Positions 45,191 through 54,953 of a stretch of 64,000 bases of DNA are shown here, piece after piece. Below the pieces are notes generated by a model. That model had not been told where the DNA came from, ran no database searches, and was given only the letters and a program-made list of their open reading frames with translations. A program made the position numbers and the translations under genes. Within the stretch, counting starts at the first letter, position 1, and the number at the start of each line of letters is the position of its first letter. Origin of the DNA: an uncultured virus (IMG/VR IMGVR_UViG_3300030095_002703) (lineage: Duplodnaviria; Heunggongvirae; Uroviricota; Caudoviricetes); the IMG/VR virus record IMGVR_UViG_3300030095_002703. The stretch is one strand, 5' to 3'.

Positions 45191-47653
45191 TTATTCCTTA
45201 CGTTTGTTAGTAACCTCTCTCATAAGATCAAGGTCAAGTTTATTGCTAGCCACTCTTCTGTCCGCAGCTAGTTTTGCGCCCGCTTTCTGGGCATCTATTT
45301 CCAACTCTTGCCTATCAAGCTTGAGTTGTTCTAGATCTATAGTTGCATCAGCTTGATCCTTTTGGGTCTTTCGCTGAAGTTCTGCTTGTTTAACTTGCAT
45401 ATCGGCTTGATCTTTCTGAGCCTTACGTTGTACTTCTTGTTGCTTAACCTGTAGTTCTGCTTGTTGTAGCTGGAACATAGGATCTTGCTGTTGTGCTTGC
45501 GCTTGTTTTTGCGCTGCTTCTTGTTGATGTTGTTGAGTAAGCTGCTTGCCACCTTCGGCAACGAGCCGTGCTAATTGAATCTCAATTTCTTCTGGCAACT
45601 CTTCGTTTGGTGGTGGTAATGTAGCGCCTAACTTTTCTTCCATTTGTTTACGGTATCTAAACCCAAGATGCTCTGCGATATGCGCATTTAGAGATGCCAT
45701 AATCTGTTGTGCTTGTGGGTTTTGTCCAATAGTTTGTGCAACCATAGGGTCTTGCATAAACGCTTGGTGCGTAGCAATGTGTGCTTCGTGGTCTTGATAT
45801 AAGAACGCTTTTATGGGGGTACCAGTTAGCGCGTTCATATTTTCGCTTACAGGATCTGTAGGTGCTGTATCGTCTTTTGTAGGTACAAGTTTGTCTGCGT
45901 TCTTTATACCCATGACTTCTATCATTTGACGATGCAGTTGCGGCAGATTATATATCTGCGGAGCTTGTTGAGACATCTGCAATACAGCTTGATACTGTAC
46001 TACACGTTGAGCCATAGTAGAGCTGTTAGGATCACTAACAGGTATTACATCAACCATCATATAGTCTGCTTGACGCGCAGATATTTCACCTCGTGAAGGC
46101 TGGTAATCATATTCTTCAGGAGCGTATTCCGCCATTATATTTTTAAGCATTTTAAACTCTTGCTTCATGGCATAATGGACACGAGCTTGTACCGCAGCCA
46201 TAGGTTTTAGAGTTCTTTCTAACAACGCTAGTGTAGTTCCCACAGGAGCATTAGCAGACATATCAGATATGTCCATATCACTAATAGCACCTAGACGGCG
46301 GCCTTCAGTAGTTATTTGATTAAGTAACGCAAGTAATGTTTGGCTTGGTTCTTTGTATGGAAGCGGCATTATATTCTCTCTAATGCTGCCAGATGGTACG
46401 TCTACATCTTTCCACTCTCCCGGCTCTATAGGAGTATCATCGCCTTTAATTCGTAGTCCGCGAGCCTTCAGACCCCCCGGAAGATTTGACAATGTACCAG
46501 CATCTACTAGCTGTCGTATGAGCGAGGTTCCTGCTCTAGCATACCCACCAATTATGTGGATCAGACCAAGACCGTAGAAACCAAATCCGGGAATATATAC
46601 ATAATGTACAAAGTGTTGACGCTTTAACATCAACTCGTCATCTTCGTTCCAATTACGTCTTATAGACAATATTTCGTTAGATCCACGCTCCATAGTAACA
46701 ATGTAAGGTTTAGCTACATCATCGCCATCATCTAACCCATCAATAGTTAAATCTGCATGTATCTCATATAAAGAATAACGATCATCATCTGTTAAAGAAA
46801 AACCACCGTCTTCAGCTTTCTTTTCTTCAATGTCAGTATGAAATGATTCTGGTTCACCTAAATCTATATCGCGGTAAAAACCACTTAATTGTAGCTTACG
46901 TATGTCGTTTTTAGTCTTACGCATGACATGAGTTACACGTTCGGCAGACTCTATATTAGAAGCCCCATAAGGCACAATAACGTCTTCTGCTGGAACGTAT
47001 ACAGCTACTTGCCTACCAATGTTAGGGTCAAAATAAACCTTCTTAAACGCTGATCCTGCAAGTCCTAGACTATACAACATACGCTCATGTTCAGGACGAT
47101 ACTCAACCATTTCTTCAGTTAGTTGGTAATTCATGTCAGCTTTAACGCGGTTAGCAGCTTCTTCTTTTTCTTTTGTTTCTTCGCCTAGTATTTTTACTCT
47201 TACAGGGCCAGATGAGGGAAATGTCTCACTCATAGTCTCCGCTTGAAAACGGATAACTGCTTCAGATAGCACAGTAGAGTTTACTCCACAAGCACCATCC
47301 CAAGGTTCAGTACGCTCTTCGTACTTAAATCCTACAATATCCAACCCTTTGACGTATGTGTCAGCCCAATCTTTTCGACTATCTACATCAGAAGATACCA
47401 TTCCTGATAAATCATCAGCTAACACAGCTAGTACATCTTCATCTAACTCTTCAGCAATATTACTACTAAAACTTCCCATGATGTTATTTGTAGGTAAAAT
47501 AGTAATTTCTACAGAACCATCATCTAAAGTAACCATGTCGGGATTTACAATTTCAATTTCTAGTTCTTGATCGACCGTTTTATCTGCCGATGCTATATCT
47601 ATTTCTTCTTCTATTCCTTTGGGAGCAGAATATATACCTTTTTCAATCGCCAT
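45191..47653 (-). CDS. Portal protein
   Basis: 820 aa after TerL; GSAFKKVY.D, GFYGLG, DAGTLSNLPGG; Gln-rich C-terminal coiled coil. Confidence 0.88.
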   Translation of the reverse strand: MAIEKGIYSAPKGIEEEIDIASADKTVDQELEIEIVNPDMVTLDDGSVEITILPTNNIMGSFSSNIAEELDEDVLAVLADDLSGMVSSDVDSRKDWADTYVKGLDIVGFKYEERTEPWDGACGVNSTVLSEAVIRFQAETMSETFPSSGPVRVKILGEETKEKEEAANRVKADMNYQLTEEMVEYRPEHERMLYSLGLAGSAFKKVYFDPNIGRQVAVYVPAEDVIVPYGASNIESAERVTHVMRKTKNDIRKLQLSGFYRDIDLGEPESFHTDIEEKKAEDGGFSLTDDDRYSLYEIHADLTIDGLDDGDDVAKPYIVTMERGSNEILSIRRNWNEDDELMLKRQHFVHYVYIPGFGFYGLGLIHIIGGYARAGTSLIRQLVDAGTLSNLPGGLKARGLRIKGDDTPIEPGEWKDVDVPSGSIRENIMPLPYKEPSQTLLALLNQITTEGRRLGAISDMDISDMSANAPVGTTLALLERTLKPMAAVQARVHYAMKQEFKMLKNIMAEYAPEEYDYQPSRGEISARQADYMMVDVIPVSDPNSSTMAQRVVQYQAVLQMSQQAPQIYNLPQLHRQMIEVMGIKNADKLVPTKDDTAPTDPVSENMNALTGTPIKAFLYQDHEAHIATHQAFMQDPMVAQTIGQNPQAQQIMASLNAHIAEHLGFRYRKQMEEKLGATLPPPNEELPEEIEIQLARLVAEGGKQLTQQHQQEAAQKQAQAQQQDPMFQLQQAELQVKQQEVQRKAQKDQADMQVKQAELQRKTQKDQADATIDLEQLKLDRQELEIDAQKAGAKLAADRRVASNKLDLDLMREVTNKRKE

Positions 47654-47664
47654 GACCTAGCCTC

Positions 47665-49218
47665 TTAATAGTAGCCGCCTCTTCGCTGCTTAAAATATTG
47701 AATATCTTCTGGCTCATCCGTAGGTAAACGTACAAACCCACCTTGTCTAAACCTCATTAATGCCATTACAGTAGAATCTACCAAGTCATCGTGACTCATA
47801 AACGGAAACCCCGCTATCTCTTCTACCACTTCTTCTGCCCATCTAGAGGGCGGAACCCAAACTAACCCTGATTGCACCATGTCAGATACGGAGTTTAAAC
47901 GTGCTAACTTATCCCCCGACCCTCTATGAGGAGTGTACTCCGACACAGGTAATCCCATTCGTCGCATTTCTTGATACAATGCAACACCAGAACTCTTTTT
48001 TTCTACTATAAACGAGTCTGGTTCCCAATCTGTATACTCTTGCATAGCCAGTTCTTTTAGCTCATGGAACTCTATACGCTCTTTTATACTGTTTAGCAAT
48101 ATTATATTATACGCAGAAGTCTCCTCATTTAGGAATACCCCCCACGTAGTTAATGCTGTATAATCCGCTCGGTTGTGTTTTTCTGCCGCCGCATCTAAAG
48201 ACATTATAATATATTCACAAGACGGTGGCCTATCTTGTTCCCATATATTCCACCACTCTCTTTTTACTAAAGCAGCCTCTTCGGCGGTGGGTTGCTGTTG
48301 GTATTGTGCGTTCCATTGAAATACAGGCATTGACGCTTTTGTGCGTTTTAGTGCCTCTAAATCAAAAAACTCAGGCCATAACGGTTTCTCCACAGGTTTT
48401 TTAGTTTTTTTGTCTTCTACTTCTAATATAGCAGGAAATTCAATTACTTCAAACTGATCAGATCTCTCATTTTGCGCCATATCTTTAACAACACGTCCCG
48501 TCAGGTCGTCCATATGCCAACGAGTTTGTATTATTGCTACTTTACCTGCGGGCATTAGTCGTGTCCGAGCACCGAACGTGTACCACTCGTATGCTTTCTC
48601 AAATACCGAAAAGTTTCCGTTAATCACGTCTTGCTCAGAGTGCGGATCATCCACAAGTAATAAATCTGCTCCCCTACCAGCTAGCGCAGAGCCAACACCA
48701 CAGGCATAATACTCTCCACCTGAGTTTGTATTCCACCTTCCTGCTGATTTAGAGTCTACAGCAAGGGCTACAGTAGGAAATATGGTCTTATAATCAGCGG
48801 TAGAGATAAGATTACGCACTTTTCGTCCAAAATCTACAGCTAAATCTGTTGTGTGAGACACCATCATCACTTTTTTGTCGGGATTTCTGCCTAAATACCA
48901 TGCAGGAAAGAAAATAGATACTAATTGAGACTTGCCATGACGTGGTGGTATGTTTACACATACCCTGTCTTTGTTTCCCTGTTCTATAGACATTAACATG
49001 TTAGCTAATATCCTGTGGTGCTTGCCTACTAAGAATTCTGGCATCATTCTTTTACAAAATTCAATTAAATCATTGTATGCCAAAGCGTTTTCTCTGCGAA
49101 TAGCTAGTTCATCTACCAAGCGGTTAATCTCTATTACCTCTTCTTGGCTAAAAGCATCCAGATTGTCTAACATTCTTTGTATTTCTTCTTCAGAAAATTC
49201 TTTACTATGTTTAGTCAT
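47665..49218 (-). CDS. terL: Terminase large subunit
   Basis: PPRHGKS, GRGADLLLVDDP, IQTRWH, LDAA, IVEKKSSG, HDDLVDS. Confidence 0.95.
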   Translation of the reverse strand: MTKHSKEFSEEEIQRMLDNLDAFSQEEVIEINRLVDELAIRRENALAYNDLIEFCKRMMPEFLVGKHHRILANMLMSIEQGNKDRVCVNIPPRHGKSQLVSIFFPAWYLGRNPDKKVMMVSHTTDLAVDFGRKVRNLISTADYKTIFPTVALAVDSKSAGRWNTNSGGEYYACGVGSALAGRGADLLLVDDPHSEQDVINGNFSVFEKAYEWYTFGARTRLMPAGKVAIIQTRWHMDDLTGRVVKDMAQNERSDQFEVIEFPAILEVEDKKTKKPVEKPLWPEFFDLEALKRTKASMPVFQWNAQYQQQPTAEEAALVKREWWNIWEQDRPPSCEYIIMSLDAAAEKHNRADYTALTTWGVFLNEETSAYNIILLNSIKERIEFHELKELAMQEYTDWEPDSFIVEKKSSGVALYQEMRRMGLPVSEYTPHRGSGDKLARLNSVSDMVQSGLVWVPPSRWAEEVVEEIAGFPFMSHDDLVDSTVMALMRFRQGGFVRLPTDEPEDIQYFKQRRGGYY

Positions 49219-49816
49219 CGTATTCTTCGCCGTTAGAATCTAGTTCCGTGTCTACGTCAAGAGGTTCACCATCAATAATTATAGCTTCCTCTATTTCTTC
49301 AGGAGGGTTTACTAACTTTTCTAACTTATCACGTAACTTTGCCTTTAAATCATCCGTTGATTGGTGTGTTATTACCATTTCTGACTTCTCTGCAAACAAA
49401 CCAACATCAGAAACTTTACCTAAAAGCTCTAATGCGCGGATTCTTACCCGTGGATCAGGGTTTTCTGTCTCTAATAACAACTTATTAGTCACTAAATGGC
49501 GTACTTGTAGGGCACTATCTACCACTGATTGCCCAAACTCTTGCAAAATATTGTTAGTTAACACCAATGAGGCAGGTGTTAGGGTAGAAGCACGGGTATT
49601 GTTTACCTTTTTAGAGGTAGTTTCGGGGTCGTCTGCATAAGCTATAGCTAATTTAGCAGCTACATCTTTATCATCCTTAGTAGGTTCTAGATCTAAGTCG
49701 TGTTCTGCTAGTTCTAAAGAGGTGTTAGCCGCTGATTTTACGCGTTCTTTTAGATCGACACGTAAAATTTTATCTGAAATAGGTACACCTAACTCTGGTT
49801 CTAGTTGTAAAGTCAT
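49211..49816 (-). CDS. Putative terminase small subunit
   Basis: Directly upstream of and overlapping TerL; RIRALELLGK..GLF oligomerisation-like motif. Confidence 0.6.
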   Translation of the reverse strand: MTLQLEPELGVPISDKILRVDLKERVKSAANTSLELAEHDLDLEPTKDDKDVAAKLAIAYADDPETTSKKVNNTRASTLTPASLVLTNNILQEFGQSVVDSALQVRHLVTNKLLLETENPDPRVRIRALELLGKVSDVGLFAEKSEMVITHQSTDDLKAKLRDKLEKLVNPPEEIEEAIIIDGEPLDVDTELDSNGEEYDD

Positions 49817-49870
49817 ATTTTATTTGCAGGTTATTCACCGTAAGCGCATTTGTACCATATCCTTTTATAC

Positions 49871-50290
49871 TTAGCGAGCATTTTCCTTTGTAAAGTTCCA
49901 AAGAGTTTCCATACCACCTGCTTGGGACTCTGCATTAAATAGGTTTGGGTGTAGTTGAATAGACTTTTTACATCCTAGTTCTTCTGTACTTCTAACTAGT
50001 AATTTTTCTATATCTAAAGCTACAAACACATAAAAGTCGGCTATTTTTTTAGATCGTAAATTGTACACGTATCTAAGTTTGTTACCTCTATTAGTGTTCA
50101 TAATACATACGTTGGCTGCTTTCACTTGTACTGTAAACATAGCATCGTTATAAGACTGACACCACAAATCTATGCCGGATCTATCGACATGGTGACACTC
50201 TATACCATTTTTTTCTAGTATGTACATGGCAAAAAACTCGCCTATACGTCCTACATGGCTAGAGTTACTAGTTCTATCAATACCGTTCAT
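49871..50290 (-). CDS. PD-(D/E)XK endonuclease
   Basis: G.IGE...DL...VQVK...DFYVFV. Confidence 0.7.
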   Translation of the reverse strand: MNGIDRTSNSSHVGRIGEFFAMYILEKNGIECHHVDRSGIDLWCQSYNDAMFTVQVKAANVCIMNTNRGNKLRYVYNLRSKKIADFYVFVALDIEKLLVRSTEELGCKKSIQLHPNLFNAESQAGGMETLWNFTKENAR

Positions 50291-50508
50291 AGCAGCTCCT
50301 GAACCTAGAATAACTGTACAAAAAATTTTTTACAATTGTGTTTCAAAAACAAGGTGGGGGGTTTCTTATATAGAGGGGGTGGGGGTCTGAACTCATAAAA
50401 ATACGATTTGTTTGTGTGAATTAGTAATATATAGACTGACAGAGTCCCATATGTGTTGCGCGGGGGGTGGGGAGGGGGTAGGTATCGAATAGTGTCAGAT
50501 TGTCGATT

Positions 50509-50527
50509 GTTATAACAATGTTATAAC
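50509..50527. promoter_or_regulatory. Tandem palindromic GTTATAAC operator-like site (also 51316-51333, 51884-51901, 53825-53842)
   Basis: GTTATAAC-N2/3-GTTATAAC read at four positions, at or near gene boundaries. Confidence 0.7.
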
Positions 50528-50625
50528 TTTTGTAAGCTATCTATTGTATTTATGTGTAAACTTGTTATTATGTGACCATCTTCAGCAATAACGTTGAAGT
50601 GTAAATAACTAAAGAGTATATAAAC

Positions 50626-51228
50626 ATGAGTACATATATAAATGAAGTAAGAGCAGTACCTACGCGCCTGACTAACAAAGGCAAGGAATCAATAAGTAAC
50701 GCAGTTAAATTAGCTATCAAGTCTGAAGGTATACAGACCAAGGCAGTTGATCAGTTGATTGCTGATGGTATGTTTTGGACAGACTTTATCAGTCCCAATG
50801 GTAAATCTGGCGAATCTACAGCTACCACCGAACTGTATGACGCATTGAAAGATGCCGTGGTGTCAGGGTTTAGTGCTACTAAACGCAATCTATTGGGCGC
50901 ATCTACTAAGGCGCTAAGTGATCAAGGTAAGATAGACAAACGCGAGGTTCAACAATCCATCGGTGCTTATATGTCAGCGTTTAAACGCGATCTAAAGAAT
51001 AGGCAGATCCCAAAGCCCAAAACAGAGAGAGCACCACAGCAACCATCTATGCCAAAGACTGGCGATAAGGTAGTTGATGAGGCGAATGCACTAGCGATGA
51101 AGGCAATCAAGAAAGAGACCGACCTCCAGAATTGGTGTCTTAACAATCTGCCAGAAGATACCGCTCTGGAGATTAGCAAGTTAAGAGCTAAGATTGTCGC
51201 ACTACTTCAACCAGATCCAATTCACTAA
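50626..51228 (+). CDS. First early gene of right-hand module, hypothetical
   Basis: 200 aa, followed by strong terminator. Confidence 0.8.
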   Translation: MSTYINEVRAVPTRLTNKGKESISNAVKLAIKSEGIQTKAVDQLIADGMFWTDFISPNGKSGESTATTELYDALKDAVVSGFSATKRNLLGASTKALSDQGKIDKREVQQSIGAYMSAFKRDLKNRQIPKPKTERAPQQPSMPKTGDKVVDEANALAMKAIKKETDLQNWCLNNLPEDTALEISKLRAKIVALLQPDPIH

Positions 51229-51236
51229 CCAAATAT

Positions 51237-51262
51237 GCCCCACTTCGGTGGGGCTTTTTTTT
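51237..51262 (+). terminator. Rho-independent terminator
   Basis: GCCCCAC-ttcg-GTGGGGC followed by T8. Confidence 0.92.
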
Positions 51263-51283
51263 CGCCCATCAAAAAGTACCTAC

Positions 51284-51378
51284 GATACCAGTTCCTAGTC
51301 CGCGTTGAGCCTTTTGTTATAACACGTTATAACATTGTGATACCAGTTCCAGCTTCGCGTTGAGCCTTTTGTTACAAC
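51284..51378. repeat. Two ~40-bp direct repeats, 55-bp period
   Basis: GATACCAGTTCC-N5-CGCGTTGAGCCTTTTGTTAYAAC at 51284 and 51339. Confidence 0.85.
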
Positions 51379-51755
51379 GTAAGTCGTTGATAAATATACA
51401 ATGTTACAAAATACCCCCCCTAATGTTACATAATGTTACAAAATTTAAGGGCAAAATGTAACATTATATTTTAGTGCGTTATCGTATCAGATAATGTGCA
51501 GGTTTGTGCAGGTTTGCCATAGTCAAAGTATCAGATCTTATCTATTTATATGTTTTTATTAATACATACTTATAATGTTACATTTTCAAAATAGTATTTA
51601 ACTCTCATAGAATTTTCTACATTGTTACAAATTTATTTGGGGGTGATCGAGCGACCTATTTTCCCCTGTAAAATGTAACTTTGTAACATTGTAGATATAT
51701 CAATGACTTACCGACCACAACTATGTAACATTACATTACAATACATTACAATACA
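51370..51755. repeat. TGTTACA/TGTAACA iteron array with two inverted IHF-consensus sites (origin or packaging-site candidate)
   Basis: About ten heptamer copies in AT-rich DNA; WATCAANNNNTTR at 51380-51392 (minus) and 51698-51710 (plus). Confidence 0.7.
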
Positions 51756-51789
51756 CTTCTCCCCACTTCCTGACACGTATACCCATAAC

Positions 51790-51817
51790 TTGACATAAGC
51801 TGTCACTCCTGTATAAT
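51790..51817 (+). promoter_or_regulatory. sigma70 promoter TTGACA-N16-TATAAT
   Basis: Consensus hexamers upstream of early operon. Confidence 0.8.
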
Positions 51818-51922
51818 GGTAATGTGGCTGAGAGATTTATCCTGTCCACTTTTACACGGTAACTTGTTACCACAACTCAAAATGTTATAACGTGTTATAA
51901 CAAAACGACAAGGAATATAGAC

Positions 51923-52087
51923 ATGAGCAATGAATGGCAAACCTTTGTAGAAGAACGAGCGCGAGAACTCGCTATGGAAAAAGAAGAAGTCCCATATGGA
52001 TATCACAACTTGAGAGAGATCGCCACCTCAGAGCTAGACGCTCAACTCAAACACTACTGGAGACAAACGCAAGGAGGAGAGAAGTGA
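51923..52087 (+). CDS. 54-aa hypothetical protein
   Basis: MSNEWQTFVEERARELAMEKEEVPYGYHNLREIATSELDAQLKHYWRQTQGGEK; AAGGA RBS. Confidence 0.7.
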   Translation: MSNEWQTFVEERARELAMEKEEVPYGYHNLREIATSELDAQLKHYWRQTQGGEK

Positions 52088-52251
52088 GAGACATCAGACT
52101 GTGGGACAGACAAGCCAAGATAGTAACCAAGCGCGAGATGCGTAAGGCAGAGTTTTGGCGAGCCTTTAAACAAGTGGGCACTGAGTTGATTGTAATACTA
52201 GGTTGCGTTACTAGCCTATGGGCAATCATATACCTTTTACTAACACGATAA
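52084..52251 (+). CDS. 55-aa membrane protein
   Basis: GTG start behind AGGAGGAG with GTGA coupling; C-terminal hydrophobic helix. Confidence 0.65.
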   Translation: MRDIRLWDRQAKIVTKREMRKAEFWRAFKQVGTELIVILGCVTSLWAIIYLLLTR

Positions 52252-52261
52252 GGAGAAGAAG

Positions 52262-53158
52262 ATGAACGATACAACTGCAACACCTAAAGTCGAAGCACCA
52301 TCTATCGGGTCTAGCGCCATGCTAGTAGAGTTACAGGTTAGCCAATGGACAGGTCGCAAGAAGGACAAGACAGCATCAGTCGAAGTGACTGATCAAAACT
52401 GGGCAGAGAAAGGTACGGCATCAGTCAATAAGAAGTTACTAGGTAACTGTGACGAGCTGACTGCCATACACAAATTCACCGCCAACTCACGCAACATACA
52501 CTACAAATCCACAATGCCGTGGAGCGATACAGGTATGCGGTTACTACCGACAGAGTCATATTTCAAATATCACCAACAGATGACTGAGCTACAAAACGAG
52601 TTCGAGCGTATGGCACAGTCATTTATCAGCAACTATGATTGGGAGATCAGCAGGGCGCAAGCACGGCTAGGTAATCTGTTTGTACGTGATGATTACCCGA
52701 CCACAGAATCTATCTCTCGCAAGTTCGCGTTCAACATATCTTACATACCATTGCCAGATGCGGGTGACTTTCGTGTGGATGTAGGCAACGACCAGAAGCA
52801 AGTACTCGAAGATCATTACAATGAGTACTACAACAGGCAACTGCACTCTGCTATGAATGACGTATGGCAACGCACTTACAAAGTGCTGAGTAATATGTCT
52901 GAGCGTTTAGACTACGCCAAGGGTGATACTAAGAAGATCTTTCGTGATACTTTGGTTGACAACGTGACCGACATAGTAGAACTACTTAACGTGTGTAATG
53001 TTACAAATGACGGGCAGATGACCGCGATGGCTATGAAGCTAGAGGATACGCTACGTGGAATAACGCCTGACGCATTGCGTGAAGATGCGTTTCTCCGTGC
53101 CGAAACCAAACGTGCGGTGGACAAAGTTATCGCAACACTACCATCATTGGAGATGTAA
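52262..53158 (+). CDS. Conserved early protein, DUF3150-like
   Basis: SSAMLVEL..SQWTGRKKD, T.PW.D.G.RLLP, DYP, FRDTLV, LN.CNVT.D. Confidence 0.55.
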   Translation: MNDTTATPKVEAPSIGSSAMLVELQVSQWTGRKKDKTASVEVTDQNWAEKGTASVNKKLLGNCDELTAIHKFTANSRNIHYKSTMPWSDTGMRLLPTESYFKYHQQMTELQNEFERMAQSFISNYDWEISRAQARLGNLFVRDDYPTTESISRKFAFNISYIPLPDAGDFRVDVGNDQKQVLEDHYNEYYNRQLHSAMNDVWQRTYKVLSNMSERLDYAKGDTKKIFRDTLVDNVTDIVELLNVCNVTNDGQMTAMAMKLEDTLRGITPDALREDAFLRAETKRAVDKVIATLPSLEM

Positions 53159-53160
53159 TC

Positions 53161-53475
53161 ATGGACATTGAAGAAGTACTCTTAGAATGCAACGTTATGC
53201 GTGAAAACGAAGAAGGTATCGGGCTATCTGACGCATTACTTAAGATAGTTGAGTTTGCTTACTATAAAGGATACGCCCAAAACAAAGATGAAGTAATAAG
53301 TATATGTTCGATGGCTATTTCTGATCAAGTTAAAATAATAGACGATGTCATAACAAGAGAGGTTGAGTTTGCAGATGAGCCAACAGATGATATCCAAAAT
53401 GCGTGGATGGATATAAAAATGTTTATTATTGTTCAAGAAGCTCTCAGAAAATATGAGGAGATTAATCATGGCTAA
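53161..53475 (+). CDS. Hypothetical protein
   Basis: 104 aa in operon order. Confidence 0.7.
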   Translation: MDIEEVLLECNVMRENEEGIGLSDALLKIVEFAYYKGYAQNKDEVISICSMAISDQVKIIDDVITREVEFADEPTDDIQNAWMDIKMFIIVQEALRKYEEINHG

Positions 53476-53671
53476 GATAATGTACGCGAGAGTAAAGCTG
53501 ACTGTAAAAGATAATGCCGATACAGAGTGCATAGTGGGTGAGGCTGTCTATGATTTCGACCACCCAGATATTATGGATACAGAGTGGGTGGAGTGTGAAG
53601 AAGAAACGCCACTAACTGAACAGTGTACTTTTGACTGGACACGTAAGGGATGTGTCGATTGTCAAGACTAA
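53468..53671 (+). CDS. Small acidic Cys-containing protein
   Basis: Start at MAKIM behind GAGGAG. Confidence 0.65.
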   Translation: MAKIMYARVKLTVKDNADTECIVGEAVYDFDHPDIMDTEWVECEEETPLTEQCTFDWTRKGCVDCQD

Positions 53672-53682
53672 GGAGAGAGTCG

Positions 53683-53841
53683 GTGAATAGTTACGGTCAA
53701 GCGGTGTTACGTGTGCGCAACTACAAACGCACCAAACACTACAAAGAAATGCGGATACCGAAGGGTCGAACCCCTCGCGTAGCGTATTACCAAGTCGTGA
53801 CTCGCAAGGGTCGCATATTAGAAAGTTATAACATGTTATAA
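53683..53841 (+). CDS. 52-aa basic protein
   Basis: GTG start behind AAGGAGAG. Confidence 0.55.
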   Translation: MNSYGQAVLRVRNYKRTKHYKEMRIPKGRTPRVAYYQVVTRKGRILESYNML

Positions 53842-53859
53842 CAAAACGATAAGGAGTAA

Positions 53860-54942
53860 ATGATGAAAGCAAGTAAAATGTATGAAATGGGGCTTACCCA
53901 GATAGCTCAAGCTATTGGTGCGGTAGGTCACAAGCGATGTGTGCTAGTCGAAGGGCATATGGGTAATGGTAAGACATCACTACTAAAGATGTTATCGGAT
54001 AAGTTCCCTAACCATGTACCCTGTTACTTCAACTGTGTTACCAAAGATCTGGGTGACTTGAGCATACCATCACTCAACACCACCGAGGGGTACGTCACAT
54101 ACTTACCCAATGAAGAGTTCGGTATTCACCACGGCAAGCCGTTGATTATTATGTGGGATGAATGGTCAAAGGCTAACCAATCAGTCAAGAACGGTACACT
54201 TGTTACTATGCTAGAGCGCACAGTGGGCACGAAGAAATTGCCAGAAGGTAGCATACAGTTTGCTACGGCTAACCTCGGTGGAGAGGGTGTTGGCGATACT
54301 ATTCCACCTCATGCACGTAATCGCATGGTCATACTACGTGCGCGTAAGTCTACCAGTGACGAGTTGATTGAGTATGGTATCAATCACGAATGGGAGCCTA
54401 GTGTATTGGGATTCGTACGTGAGTTCCCTCAGATACTACAGGGCTTTGAGGATGTGAAGAACCCCGATGACAATCCATACATCAACCATCCCCTAGCACA
54501 GCGTACAGCTTTTGTTACGCCAAGATCATTGGAAGCCGCTAGTGACATACTCAAGGAGAGGCACATGTTTGATGATCACAGCCTAACAGCTTTACTCATG
54601 GGTACTATCGGTGATCGTGGTGCTATGGACTTGGTGGCATTCGTCAAGTTGGCTGATCAACTACCATCATGGGAATCTATCAAGCAAGATCCAACCAACG
54701 CCAAAGTACCTGACTCTGCCTCGGCAGTATGTATGGTGGTGTATCGTGCGCTAGGTAACATGGCTAAAGATACGATCACGCCATTCATGCAATACCTACC
54801 CCGACTAAGTAAGGAAGCGCAAGGTATGTTTGCCAACGGTGTACGTGCTAATACCTACGCGCATCGGTCACTGGTGATGAGTAACAAACTATTCACCGAA
54901 TGGGCTATGCAAAACAATTACATGTTTTCTGCTGACAAGTAA
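53860..54942 (+). CDS. MoxR-like AAA+ ATPase
   Basis: GHMGNGKT Walker A, IIMWDE Walker B, ATAN, RNR, TPRS. Confidence 0.85.
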   Translation: MMKASKMYEMGLTQIAQAIGAVGHKRCVLVEGHMGNGKTSLLKMLSDKFPNHVPCYFNCVTKDLGDLSIPSLNTTEGYVTYLPNEEFGIHHGKPLIIMWDEWSKANQSVKNGTLVTMLERTVGTKKLPEGSIQFATANLGGEGVGDTIPPHARNRMVILRARKSTSDELIEYGINHEWEPSVLGFVREFPQILQGFEDVKNPDDNPYINHPLAQRTAFVTPRSLEAASDILKERHMFDDHSLTALLMGTIGDRGAMDLVAFVKLADQLPSWESIKQDPTNAKVPDSASAVCMVVYRALGNMAKDTITPFMQYLPRLSKEAQGMFANGVRANTYAHRSLVMSNKLFTEWAMQNNYMFSADK

Positions 54943-54953
54943 GGAGAGTAACA

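Noticed and set aside
51284..51378. Mini CRISPR array
   Set aside because: Only two repeats with a 15-bp gap; the Cas4-like gene sits in an ordinary phage replication cluster
51934..52251. 105-aa ORF as given in the track
   Set aside because: RBS positions favour two genes, 51923-52087 and 52084-52251
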